This document shows, one piece after another, positions 30,474 through 39,758 of a stretch of DNA of 64,000 bases. This DNA comes from an uncultured Phycisphaerales bacterium (GTDB lineage: Bacteria; Planctomycetota; Phycisphaerae; Phycisphaerales; SM1A02). Position 1 is the stretch's first letter, and the number at the start of each line of letters is the position of its first letter. The translations under genes and the position numbers were made by a program. The stretch spans positions 32,001-96,000 of the forward strand of contig CALKEP010000002.1 in NCBI GenBank assembly GCA_938084645.1, in the 5' to 3' direction. The notes beneath the pieces were generated by a model that saw nothing but the letters and a program-made list of their open reading frames with translations, searched no databases and was not told where the DNA came from.

Positions 30474-31526
30474 ATGCAGAAGATCACGAACCGCCTCTCC
30501 CTCGTCGCGATTCTCGCCGCCGGCATCGCCCCCGCGTGGACCTGCGACTCGGCCATGGGCCAGAACCTCTCCGACCGGATCCGTGCCGTCGCGAAACAGC
30601 GAGAAGCCGAGGCCTCCCGCGACACCAGTCAGGCCGCCCTCCTCGGTGCCCTGATCTACACCGACATCAGCGTGGACTTCGACGAGACGCCGGCCCGCGA
30701 GGCCTTCGACTACCTGCGTCAGATCCTGGGCGTCGATCTCGTCGTCCGGTACAACGATGACCGCAGCGGCCTGGGCATCGACCCCGAGGCGCCGATCACC
30801 TTGAAAGCGACGGACAAGCCTGCGCTCACGGTGGTCGAGATGATGCTCGACCAGTGCGGCGATCTCGACCCCTGCACCTGGCAGCTCCGCCGAGGCTTCA
30901 TCGAGCTCGGCACCAAGGAGCGACTCTCCGCCCCGGCGGCTCGCAAGCTGCGGATGTACCCGATTCGCGACCTCCTCTTCGAAGTCCCGATGTTCGACAA
31001 CGCACCCGAATTCGACCTGAGCAGTTCCCTCCAGTCCGGCGGTGGTGGCGCCGGCGGCGGTGGCGGCGGGTTCGGCGGCGGTGGTGGCGGCGGCGGATTC
31101 GGCGGCGGCGGTGGTGGTGGTGGCGGCGGCGGATTCGGCGGCGGTGGCGGTGGTGGCGGCGGCGGCGGTGGCGGCGGTGCTCCATTCGGCAATCCCGAAG
31201 GCGAGCCGGAACGTCTCTCCGAGGAGGAGAAGACGCAGCAGCTGATCGACATCATCGTCGAGACCATCGAGCCGGAGGCCTGGCAGATGAACGGTGGCGA
31301 TGCGGCTTCCATTCGCTACTACGAAGGCGTTCTGATCATCCGCGCCCCGGACTACATCCAGCGACAGATCGGCGGCTATCCGTTCGCACCGAGACGACGG
31401 GCGGCGCCGACGCAGTCCCGAAACGGACGCTACGTGAGCTTCTCCGCACCGATCTCGATCATCGAGAACGTGAAGTTCCGTGGAACCACGGTCACCGGGT
31501 CCGCTGGAGGCGGCGGAAACCCCTGA
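30474..31526 (+). CDS. Exported secretin N-terminal-like (STN/N3) protein with poly-Gly insert
   Basis: Signal peptide; ISVDFDETPAREAFDYL, RMYPIRDLL, LIDIIVETIEPEAW, LIIRAP; no secretin barrel. Confidence 0.75.
   Translation: MQKITNRLSLVAILAAGIAPAWTCDSAMGQNLSDRIRAVAKQREAEASRDTSQAALLGALIYTDISVDFDETPAREAFDYLRQILGVDLVVRYNDDRSGLGIDPEAPITLKATDKPALTVVEMMLDQCGDLDPCTWQLRRGFIELGTKERLSAPAARKLRMYPIRDLLFEVPMFDNAPEFDLSSSLQSGGGGAGGGGGGFGGGGGGGGFGGGGGGGGGGGFGGGGGGGGGGGGGGAPFGNPEGEPERLSEEEKTQQLIDIIVETIEPEAWQMNGGDAASIRYYEGVLIIRAPDYIQRQIGGYPFAPRRRAAPTQSRNGRYVSFSAPISIIENVKFRGTTVTGSAGGGGNP
31038..31178 (+). repeat. GGN low-complexity repeat encoding G4-A-G6-F-G8-F-G11-F-G14
   Basis: 47 codons, 43 of them Gly, read directly from the sequence. 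Confidence 0.95.
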
Positions 31527-31536
31527 GGATCCGACC

Positions 31537-32472
31537 ATGCGACGACACTCGACCGCGACACTCCTCCTCGCGTTGGTGGCCGCATGCCCGATCGGTGATC
31601 GTCCGACCGAAGCCGCCTCCACGCCGATCACGTTGAATTCCACCACGGAGACGGGGACCATCCGAATCGTCGGGGCGGAGCGCACGCGGCCCGATGGCGA
31701 CCTCTGGGCCCGCTCCGACGCGGACGTCCACGGACGACTGGCCCTGCTGCGCGTCGAGATCATCTGTGAGGACGCGGATCCGCGACGCGCCAGACGCGCA
31801 TTCGCCGACGTGCTCGGCCTCAACTTCATCGATCACTTCCCCAAGTCCGGGCAGGATGCGCAGGCTCCAGCGACCATCTCGATCTCGCTTCGGGACGTCA
31901 CCGCCGCCGAAGCTCTCGAAGCCCTCATCGAGGCGTCGAGCGGGAGTCGTCGTGGCGCCTGGCAGGTTCGCTCCGGCATCCTCGAAGTCGGTCCGCGGGA
32001 GACGCTCGCACGTCGCACCCGACCGATCACCCGCGTGATCGAGGTGACCGACCTGCTGCTCGAACCACCGTCCTTCGTCCCCCCCGACCACTACCTTCGA
32101 GGGTTCGGGCTCGGCGCAAGCGATGAGAAGACGCGACGCCGGACGCCGCGGCAGATCGGCGCGGATCTCGTCGGTTCGATCGTCGCCCAGGTCGAACCGG
32201 ACGCGTGGCATCCGGTGAGCGAGGCCGAGATCGCGGACGGCCTGGTCGACCCGGTGGATCCCCGGGATCCGTACCGGGGCAGGAACCTCGATCCCGGACG
32301 GCTCGATCCGGAAACCGAGACGCCGGTTCCGATCTACGTGCAGGGAAGATGGGCGAGTGTCCGACTCAAGGACCGCGTGATCGTGGTCCGCGCCCCGGCC
32401 TTCGTGCTGATGGGCATCGAGGGGCTCCCCAAACCGGTTCCGCCGCCCGCGATCCTGCTCGAGCCGCGATGA
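31537..32472 (+). CDS. Paralogous secretin N-terminal-like protein
   Basis: ISISLRDVTAAEALEAL, WQVRSGILEVG, VTDLLLEPPSF, IVAQVEPDAW, IVVRAP parallel the upstream gene. Confidence 0.7.
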   Translation: MRRHSTATLLLALVAACPIGDRPTEAASTPITLNSTTETGTIRIVGAERTRPDGDLWARSDADVHGRLALLRVEIICEDADPRRARRAFADVLGLNFIDHFPKSGQDAQAPATISISLRDVTAAEALEALIEASSGSRRGAWQVRSGILEVGPRETLARRTRPITRVIEVTDLLLEPPSFVPPDHYLRGFGLGASDEKTRRRTPRQIGADLVGSIVAQVEPDAWHPVSEAEIADGLVDPVDPRDPYRGRNLDPGRLDPETETPVPIYVQGRWASVRLKDRVIVVRAPAFVLMGIEGLPKPVPPPAILLEPR

Positions 32473-32494
32473 GCGTCCGACATCGTCCGACTCG

Positions 32495-34225
32495 ATGAGC
32501 CGGTATCGTCTGGCCAGCGTGACGTCGACTCCTCCCAAGCCCGTTCCGAGTCTCCACGATCCCCTCGTCATCGCAGGCGGATTGGTGGGACTGGCCTGCC
32601 TCTCGATCGTCCTGTTCGCGTCGCAGGCGGCGTGGACCGCGTGGTTCACCCACCCCCTCCTGCTCGAACGAATCGGCGAGATCCCGACCGAGACGGTGCA
32701 GGGCGTGCGACTGCTCTTCACGGTCGCACCGGTCGCCGCCCTCGCCTGGATCCTCGCGCCGTGGCTCCTCCGTTGGTTCGATCGGGTCTCGCCCATCCCG
32801 CGATTCCCATCCTTCCCGCCACCTCCCACCTTCGCGACGAAGTCGATGGTCGTGCTCCTGACGGTGCTCGCCATCGTTCCGCGTCTGATTCGAATCGAAG
32901 AGAGCCTCTGGTACGACGAGATCGCGGCGATGTCCTCGTTCTCCATCCATGGTCCGGGGCCGGCACTCGGAAACTACTACGCCCTCAGCAATCACGTGCT
33001 GCACTCCGCACTCGCCAGCCTCCTCATCGATGCGAACGGTGGTGCCAACGAACTCGTGTTGAGGGTGCCGGCCCTGCTGGCGGGAATCGCCTGCATCCCC
33101 GCGATGTTCGGACTCGCGCGAACCGTCGACGGCGACCGATTCGGACTCATCGCGGCCGCAGTGATGGCCCTGATGCCGGTCGCGGTGCTGGAAAGCGTCG
33201 ATGCCCGCGGGTACTCGCTCATGATGCTGTTCACGATTCTCACCACCACGCAGGTGGTGCGCATCTCCGACGGTCACCGCTCGGGTGCATTGTGGTACGC
33301 CGCATTCGCGACGCTCGGTTGCTGGTCCCACTTCGCCTTCGCCTTCGTGCCGCTGGGACACGCGCTGCTGGCGATCTCGTGGCTGTTCCGGCGACATCGA
33401 CGCGGCCCCGGCCTCCGACTCGCGGTCGGCCTCGGCCTCGGGGGCGTCACCACCCTGCTGGTGCTCGCGCCGGTCCTCCCCTCCTTCTTCCTGATCCGCG
33501 GGGAATTCGTCGCGGTCGACGGAGACGAACCCTCGCTCTTCGGCATCGAAGCGTGGAAGGCGGTTCTCCAGCTCGGCGGGTCCTGGTACCTCTGGGCGTC
33601 CCTTCCCGGACTCGCCCTCGCCCTGCTCGGCGGCACCGAGTCGAGCCGATGGCCCCGACTTCGCATCGCCACCTTCGCCTCGGTCGCGGGCGGACTGGTC
33701 ACCGGCGTGATCCTCCTGGCGGGCGACGGATGGGTCTACGCACGGTTCCTGCTCTTCCTCGTGCCCGGAGCGGTGTTGCTCGTCGCTGCCGGGATCCGAG
33801 CCCTCGCCTATCTGCCGCAGCGGTCCGAACCCGCCTACGTCGCCGCGCTGATTCTCGCGATCGGCTGGTGCACCGCACTCGCCGTCCGTCCTCCGCGGCA
33901 ACCGATCCGGGACGCGATCGAAGCGCTGGCCGCGCCGGCGACCGGGCGATCCGTGTGGTCGATCGGCCTCGGCGACGACGTCGCCGACTACTACGGTTCG
34001 GCGCTGGATCTCCGCTTGCAGCATGCGGGGAACCTCGGTGCCCGCCTCGACGCGGCAGCACTGGCCGACGGCCCCGACCACGCCGTGGTCCTCTACCCCG
34101 ACCTCGTCACGGAGTCGACGCGGGCCCTGCTGGAAACCGCGGGATTCCGAACCACCGACCGGTTCGAAGGCTGGTTGGACTGGGGTCACGGCGACGTCGA
34201 GCTTCTGATGCGTCCGACTCGCTGA
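32495..34225 (+). CDS. GT-C glycosyltransferase (PMT/ArnT-like, GT39/83)
   Basis: SLWYDE motif, LRVPALLAG, ARGYSL; many TM helices. Confidence 0.82.
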   Translation: MSRYRLASVTSTPPKPVPSLHDPLVIAGGLVGLACLSIVLFASQAAWTAWFTHPLLLERIGEIPTETVQGVRLLFTVAPVAALAWILAPWLLRWFDRVSPIPRFPSFPPPPTFATKSMVVLLTVLAIVPRLIRIEESLWYDEIAAMSSFSIHGPGPALGNYYALSNHVLHSALASLLIDANGGANELVLRVPALLAGIACIPAMFGLARTVDGDRFGLIAAAVMALMPVAVLESVDARGYSLMMLFTILTTTQVVRISDGHRSGALWYAAFATLGCWSHFAFAFVPLGHALLAISWLFRRHRRGPGLRLAVGLGLGGVTTLLVLAPVLPSFFLIRGEFVAVDGDEPSLFGIEAWKAVLQLGGSWYLWASLPGLALALLGGTESSRWPRLRIATFASVAGGLVTGVILLAGDGWVYARFLLFLVPGAVLLVAAGIRALAYLPQRSEPAYVAALILAIGWCTALAVRPPRQPIRDAIEALAAPATGRSVWSIGLGDDVADYYGSALDLRLQHAGNLGARLDAAALADGPDHAVVLYPDLVTESTRALLETAGFRTTDRFEGWLDWGHGDVELLMRPTR

Positions 34226-34247
34226 GCACGAGCATCGAAACCTGGTC

Positions 34248-35633
34248 CTAGTCGTGACGCAACGCGTCGATCGGGTCCTTGCGACTCGCGATGATCGCCG
34301 GATAGATCCCGAAGATCAGCCCCACGCCCACCGCGACCAGGAGGCTCGACCAGATCGACCACGGCGCGATCACGGGTTCGATCTTGAATTCGCCCTCGAC
34401 CAGCTCGCGGAACGCCGGGAAGGAGAGCAGCCACGGCACGAAGGACCCCAGGCCGAACGAGATCCCCACGCCGAGCGCGATCCCGAGAATTCCGCCGAGC
34501 GAGGAGATCGAACCGGTCTCGACGAGGAACTGGGCGACGATGTGGTTTCGAGTCGCCCCGAGCGCCCGGCGAATGCCGATCTCCCGGGTCCGTTCCACCA
34601 CGGAGGCGAGCATGATGTTCATGATCCCGATCCCGCCCACCAGCAGGGAGATCGCGGCGACCGAGACGAGCATGATGTTCCAGATCAGCATCGTCCGCTT
34701 CGCATTCTGGAGCAGTTCCCAGGGCACGATGACCTGCACGTCGCGGAAGGTCGGGTGTTCCATCTCCAGGATGCGCGTCGCGAGCCGAGCGAGGTCGATC
34801 ACCTCGTCGGTGGTCTCGGCCTGCAGGTAGATCTCGCTGATCTTGACATCCTCGCCGCTGAACGAACCGCTCTGGCGTCGAACCACGATGTCACCGAAGT
34901 TCTGTCTCGCCGAGGTGATCGGGATGTGGACGTCCTTGTTGAGGTCCCGACCCACCAACGCGACGCCTGCCCCGCCCGCGAGCCCGATCGGTTCGAGCAC
35001 GCCGACGACCTTGAAGACCTGACTGTCGATGCGGAGATCCTTGCCGACCGGATCCTCGAGCCTGAAGAAGGTGTCCGCGATCTCCGAACCGATGACCGCG
35101 ACCGGCGCGGATCCTTCGACGTCGGCGTCGACGAGATACCGACCGCCGGGCCGGACGGAGAGGTTGGCCGTTCGGGAGAGATCGGGGATCGTGCCGAAGA
35201 CCTGGCTCACGGTGCGTTCGTTGCGTCGCCGAATCTCGGATCCCACCGCCTTCAGCGGCACGAGATGCTTCCCTCGCAGCCCCCGGGTCGAACCCGACTC
35301 GAGCCCGGCATCCTCGCCTGCGTCCGCGGCAGGGCCGACGAATTCCTGCAATCGCTTGAGATCGAGACGGGTGAGGCCGTATTCGACGACGAAGGTGTTG
35401 CTGGTGCTCGCGGATTGGGTCGAGGGCGGCTTCTGGCTGCGAATGATGATGTTCGTCGCACCGAGATCGGTGATCTGGCGGAGCGTCGACTGCTTGTTGC
35501 CCTCGCCGATCGACACCACGATGATCACCGCGGCGACCCCGAGAATGATCCCGAGGCTCGTCAGCGAGGATCGGAGCTTGTGCAGACCGATGTTCTTGAT
35601 GCCGAGGCGGATGATCTCGAGGACGAAAGTCAT
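34248..35633 (-). CDS. ABC transporter permease, MacB family
   Basis: LRSSLTSLGIILGVAAVI, GGIGIMNIMLASVVERTREIGIRRALGA, DPIDALRHD. Confidence 0.95.
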   Translation of the reverse strand: MTFVLEIIRLGIKNIGLHKLRSSLTSLGIILGVAAVIIVVSIGEGNKQSTLRQITDLGATNIIIRSQKPPSTQSASTSNTFVVEYGLTRLDLKRLQEFVGPAADAGEDAGLESGSTRGLRGKHLVPLKAVGSEIRRRNERTVSQVFGTIPDLSRTANLSVRPGGRYLVDADVEGSAPVAVIGSEIADTFFRLEDPVGKDLRIDSQVFKVVGVLEPIGLAGGAGVALVGRDLNKDVHIPITSARQNFGDIVVRRQSGSFSGEDVKISEIYLQAETTDEVIDLARLATRILEMEHPTFRDVQVIVPWELLQNAKRTMLIWNIMLVSVAAISLLVGGIGIMNIMLASVVERTREIGIRRALGATRNHIVAQFLVETGSISSLGGILGIALGVGISFGLGSFVPWLLSFPAFRELVEGEFKIEPVIAPWSIWSSLLVAVGVGLIFGIYPAIIASRKDPIDALRHD

Positions 35634-35777
35634 GAAGCGGGGTTTCCGTCGAGGACGGTGGGCGGAGCTGGATACCGAAATCAAGTTCGATCCACATCTT
35701 ACGGTGCCGGGATCGATGGCGATGCCGTCGTTTCGTCGGCGCACGGGCCCGGATTCGAGCCGCTACCCTCCCGGTTC

Positions 35778-36065
35778 ATGTTCGAACTCGTCGAAGAACT
35801 CGAAGATGCGACCGGCTGCAGCTGGACGCTGCAACGCCTGGACGCCGAGGGCCGGCTGGAACGCTCCCGGATGCGTCTGGGCTGGGCGGACTACGGCGTC
35901 TGGAGCCCGGACGGTGGCGTGTCTCCGGTCCGCGTGGCGGAAGCCGTGGTCGCTTTCGCCCTCGATCGACCCGAATTCGACCCGCTTCCCGACCCGTTCG
36001 ATGCGGCCATGGCGCGACGCCGGGTCCACGACGCGGACGACCGGATCGGTCGAATGATCCGCTGA
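35778..36065 (+). CDS. Hypothetical protein
   Basis: 95-aa ORF filling the intergenic gap; TACCCT 8 nt upstream. Confidence 0.6.
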   Translation: MFELVEELEDATGCSWTLQRLDAEGRLERSRMRLGWADYGVWSPDGGVSPVRVAEAVVAFALDRPEFDPLPDPFDAAMARRRVHDADDRIGRMIR

Positions 36066-36116
36066 TGCGAATGTTCGTTCCGGGCGGGCCCGCTCCTCGA
36101 CGCATCGATCGGCCGG

Positions 36117-37655
36117 TCAGTCGAGCAGGGACTGGAGTTCCTGCTCGCGGTAGGTGAGCGGAACCTCCACGCTGAACGTCGAACCCGAGCCGACGTCGCT
36201 CGAGAGGGAGACCTTCGCCCCGAGCAACTCCGCGAGCTCCCGGCAGATGGCGAGGCCGAGACCGGTGCCACCGAACGATCGGGTGTGCGAGGCGTCGGCC
36301 TGGCGAAACTTCTCGAAGATCGTCTCCTGCAGGTCGCTGGGAATGCCCGGGCCGTGATCGGTCACCCGGAAGCGGACTCCGCTGAATCCGTCGCCGCGGA
36401 CGAATCCCTCCGCGGCGAGGATCACGACGGAATCCTCCGGCGAGAACTTCACCGCGTTGGAGAGGAAGTTGAAGAGGATCTGCTGGAGTTTGCCGGCATC
36501 CGTCTCGAGCCGCGGCAGGGCCCCCGCGACGGTCTGCTCGATGGTGATCCGCTTCGCCTCCGCCTGCGGCCGCATGATCGCGACGAGGCCCTCCATCAAC
36601 TCGCCGACGTCGACGGGATCGATGGAGAGTTCCACCCGCCCCGCCTCGATCTTGGCCATCTCGAGGAGTTCCGAGATCATCTCCAGCAGCCGGCGCGCAC
36701 TGGTGATGATGTTGGACAGGTACCGCCTGCGTTTCGGATCCGGCGTCGCTTCCTGGGAGGCGAGTTCCTCGAGGAGCTCCGCGAAGCCGATGATCGAGTT
36801 CAGCGGGGTCTTCAACTCATGGCTCACGTTGGCGAGGAACTCGCTCTTGAGTCGGTTCGACTCGTAGAGGCCGATGTTCGCCTCGGAGAGTTCGGTCACC
36901 TTGAAGTCGAGCGACTCGTTCATGCTCCGCAATCGCGACGCGGTGAGCGACGTCTCGTCGAGCATGCGGTTGAAGGCCTCGGCCAGCTGCTCGAAATCGT
37001 CGCCGGTCCGGATGTCGGCGCGGACCGTGAAGTCGCCCTGCTCCACCCGCTCGGCGGTGTCGCGAAGCCTTCGAACCGGTTTCAGAATGACGCGATTCAG
37101 AATGAACCAGAAGAAGAGCGTGGAGAGCGCGACCGCCACGATTCCGACCGCGACGAGGTAGATCCGGGTGGAGAGCAGCTGACCGGCGGCAAGTCGACTC
37201 GGGCGTTCGATCAGGAGCAGGCCTCCGAGCGCGTCGGACGGCCCGAGGGGCCCCGGCGCGACCTCGCCGATGATCGCGGCCCGCCGCCACGCGGGGCCGC
37301 GGAGCCCACGGGCGTAGCGGTAGATGATCTCATTGCCCGACTCGACCTCCTGGAAGACCTCCTCGAGATCCGGCGAAGCCTCGAGGCGACGGGCGGCATC
37401 GGAGGCGAACGGGAACTCGGCCGCGTCGATGCGATCCACGGGAACGAGGCGGATCTGGAGCAGCCCCGTGGGGGACGAACGGGACGGCGATTCCAGCCAG
37501 GTGTCCGCGAGCTGCCGGGAGACCTCGAGCTGGCTCTGGAAGACCAGTTGCTCGGAGCGAATCCAGGGGAGCGCGAGCGTTCCGGTGACGATCACCAGCG
37601 AGGCGAGGCCGAAGAGGAACAGAACCTTGTTGGCGAGGGAGAGTCCGGAGGTCAT
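36117..37655 (-). CDS. Membrane sensor histidine kinase (HAMP-HisKA-HATPase)
   Basis: Two TM helices, HAMP, FLANVSHELKTPL, NAVKF, DHGPG, GGTGLGL. Confidence 0.95.
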   Translation of the reverse strand: MTSGLSLANKVLFLFGLASLVIVTGTLALPWIRSEQLVFQSQLEVSRQLADTWLESPSRSSPTGLLQIRLVPVDRIDAAEFPFASDAARRLEASPDLEEVFQEVESGNEIIYRYARGLRGPAWRRAAIIGEVAPGPLGPSDALGGLLLIERPSRLAAGQLLSTRIYLVAVGIVAVALSTLFFWFILNRVILKPVRRLRDTAERVEQGDFTVRADIRTGDDFEQLAEAFNRMLDETSLTASRLRSMNESLDFKVTELSEANIGLYESNRLKSEFLANVSHELKTPLNSIIGFAELLEELASQEATPDPKRRRYLSNIITSARRLLEMISELLEMAKIEAGRVELSIDPVDVGELMEGLVAIMRPQAEAKRITIEQTVAGALPRLETDAGKLQQILFNFLSNAVKFSPEDSVVILAAEGFVRGDGFSGVRFRVTDHGPGIPSDLQETIFEKFRQADASHTRSFGGTGLGLAICRELAELLGAKVSLSSDVGSGSTFSVEVPLTYREQELQSLLD

Positions 37656-37679
37656 GGCTTCAGCCGGTAGGATACGGCG

Positions 37680-38084
37680 ATGCACCGACCCGGCGCCGAT
37701 CCCGACTCCATGCTCCCCTCCGACGTCCTGTGCGACTTCTGCACCCGTCCGTGGAGCGACGACATTCCCCTCGTGGAGGGGCATCAGGGCTCCTGCATCT
37801 GTGGGAACTGCCTCGCGACCGCCTGGCGGGCCGTGATCGACGCCGGAATCGACGATGCCCCGCCCCAGACCCCCGAGGACGACATCACCTCCGGCCCGAC
37901 GTGGGTGTGTGTGATGTGCCTGGAGCCGCGCCGCGACCCCGCGTTCCAGAGCCCCGTTCGAGAGGAGGCCTTCGTCTGCCGTCGATGCATCAGGCTGGCG
38001 GGCCGGGCGCTCGACGGCGATCCCGATCACGACTGGACGAAGCCCTCCAGCGGCGCGGTCGCGGACCGTGGCCAGGACGACTGA
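37680..38084 (+). CDS. Tandem ClpX-type C4 zinc-finger protein
   Basis: CDFC...ICGNC and CVMC...VCRRC. Confidence 0.8.
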   Translation: MHRPGADPDSMLPSDVLCDFCTRPWSDDIPLVEGHQGSCICGNCLATAWRAVIDAGIDDAPPQTPEDDITSGPTWVCVMCLEPRRDPAFQSPVREEAFVCRRCIRLAGRALDGDPDHDWTKPSSGAVADRGQDD

Positions 38085-38117
38085 CGCCGCCACCCCGCGA
38101 CCTCGAACCGAACCGAC

Positions 38118-39530
38118 ATGCGACTCGCCGCCATTCAACTTCGTGCCGCCCTGCTCGACCGCGACGAGACCTCGAAGCGGATCGTGAAGCACATCCACGC
38201 CGCCGCGGATGCGGGCGCGGAGCTCGTGGCGTTTCCCGAAGCATGCCTCCCCGGGTATCCGGTCTGGCTCGCCCGGACCGGCGGCGCCGAGTTCGATGCG
38301 CCGCGGCAGAAGGCCGTCCATGCCCGGTACGTCGAGGAGTCGGTGATGCCCGACCACGGCCACCTCGAGTCGATCTGCGCCGCCGCGGCGATCCGTCGCA
38401 TCGAGGTGGTGGTCGGCGTGGTGGAACGGGCCGTCGATCGGGGCGGCCACACGCTGTACTGCTCGGCGCTCTGGATCGACGGCGAGGGTCACCTCGTCAA
38501 CAACCATCGGAAGCTCGTCCCCACCTACGAGGAGCGACTCTGCTGGGGCAACGGCGACGGGGCCGGACTTCGCACCCGACAGGTCGGCGAACTGCGGGTC
38601 GGCGTGCTCAACTGCTGGGAGAACTGGATGCCGCTCGCCCGCACCGCGCTGCAGAGCGACGGCATGGACGTGCACATCCTCCTCTGGCCCGGCTCGAAGG
38701 CACTCACCCGCGATCTCACCCGCGTGGTCGCGCGGGAGGGGCGGTGCTTCGCGGTCAGCGTCGGCGGGGTGCTCGCCCCCACGGACCTTCCCGAGGATCT
38801 GCCGGAGCTCGATGATCTTCGCGGCTCCGACGAGCCGTATCTCCTCGAAGGGGGATCGGGGGTCGCCGGCCCGGACGGTGGCTGGATGATCGATCCCGAC
38901 TCGCTCGCGTCCGGCGAGGAGACGATGATCGTCGTCGACCTCGATCCCGCCCGGATTCGGGAGGAGCGGCAGAACTTCGATTCCGTCGGTCACTATTCAC
39001 GGCCGGACGTCTTCGAACTGGTGGTCGACCGTCGACGCCAGGCGCTGACCGGATTCATCGACGACGCCACGCCGAACGTGACCCGAAGCGGCGGACCCTC
39101 GGTCGACGGGCTCGATCACCTCGTGCTCACGGTCCGGGACCCGGATCATGCCGCCCGGTTCTATCGATCGGTGCTCGGAATGGACGAGGTCCGGACCGGC
39201 GACGACGAGCGGGCCCTCCGCTTCGGCGGACAGCAGATCGTGCTCAGGACCGAGGAGGACGGTGCCGGGGTGCAGGGAAGCCGCGCCACCTGGGGCTCCG
39301 CCGACCTTTGTCTCGTCTCCCGCACGCCCGCGGAACAGTGGGTTCTCCACCTCAAGCGATACGGACTCCAGATCGCGCAGGGGCCGGTCGATCGCCACGG
39401 GGCAACCGGTCCGATCCGATCGGTCCATTTCCGGGATCCGGACGGCAACCTCATCGAGATCGCGAATCCACGGCCCCACCGACCTCATGACGCGCCGGCA
39501 CCACCGGGCGCGGATCCTTCGCTACCCTAG
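38118..39530 (+). CDS. Nitrilase (carbon-nitrogen hydrolase) fused to a VOC/glyoxalase domain
   Basis: FPEA, HRKLVPT and NCWENWMP triad; C-terminal LDHLVLTV...RDPDGNLIEI. Confidence 0.9.
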   Translation: MRLAAIQLRAALLDRDETSKRIVKHIHAAADAGAELVAFPEACLPGYPVWLARTGGAEFDAPRQKAVHARYVEESVMPDHGHLESICAAAAIRRIEVVVGVVERAVDRGGHTLYCSALWIDGEGHLVNNHRKLVPTYEERLCWGNGDGAGLRTRQVGELRVGVLNCWENWMPLARTALQSDGMDVHILLWPGSKALTRDLTRVVAREGRCFAVSVGGVLAPTDLPEDLPELDDLRGSDEPYLLEGGSGVAGPDGGWMIDPDSLASGEETMIVVDLDPARIREERQNFDSVGHYSRPDVFELVVDRRRQALTGFIDDATPNVTRSGGPSVDGLDHLVLTVRDPDHAARFYRSVLGMDEVRTGDDERALRFGGQQIVLRTEEDGAGVQGSRATWGSADLCLVSRTPAEQWVLHLKRYGLQIAQGPVDRHGATGPIRSVHFRDPDGNLIEIANPRPHRPHDAPAPPGADPSLP

Positions 39531-39558
39531 AACCCTCCATTCACCGAACGGAACAACC

Positions 39559-39735
39559 ATGCACACCGAACGCAGATCACTCGCCGTCCGACGCGCCGAA
39601 CGACGACAGGGCAAGTCCAAGAAGACGGGCATCATCGCGATCGTGCTGATGCTCCTCGCGCTGGTCGGCTACGTCCTGACCAACGACGAATCCACCGTGC
39701 CGGGCGAAGGTGGCGAGGAGATGGTCGGGGAGTGA
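39559..39735 (+). CDS. Small single-TM protein
   Basis: 58 aa: basic N-terminus, TM helix, acidic tail. Confidence 0.6.
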   Translation: MHTERRSLAVRRAERRQGKSKKTGIIAIVLMLLALVGYVLTNDESTVPGEGGEEMVGE

Positions 39736-39758
39736 GCCTCCCGGCCCTTCCCGTCGAT

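Noticed and set aside
31038..31178. Repeat tract as a CRISPR array or phase-variation locus
   Set aside because: In-frame Gly codons with no repeat-spacer structure; triplet changes would not shift the frame
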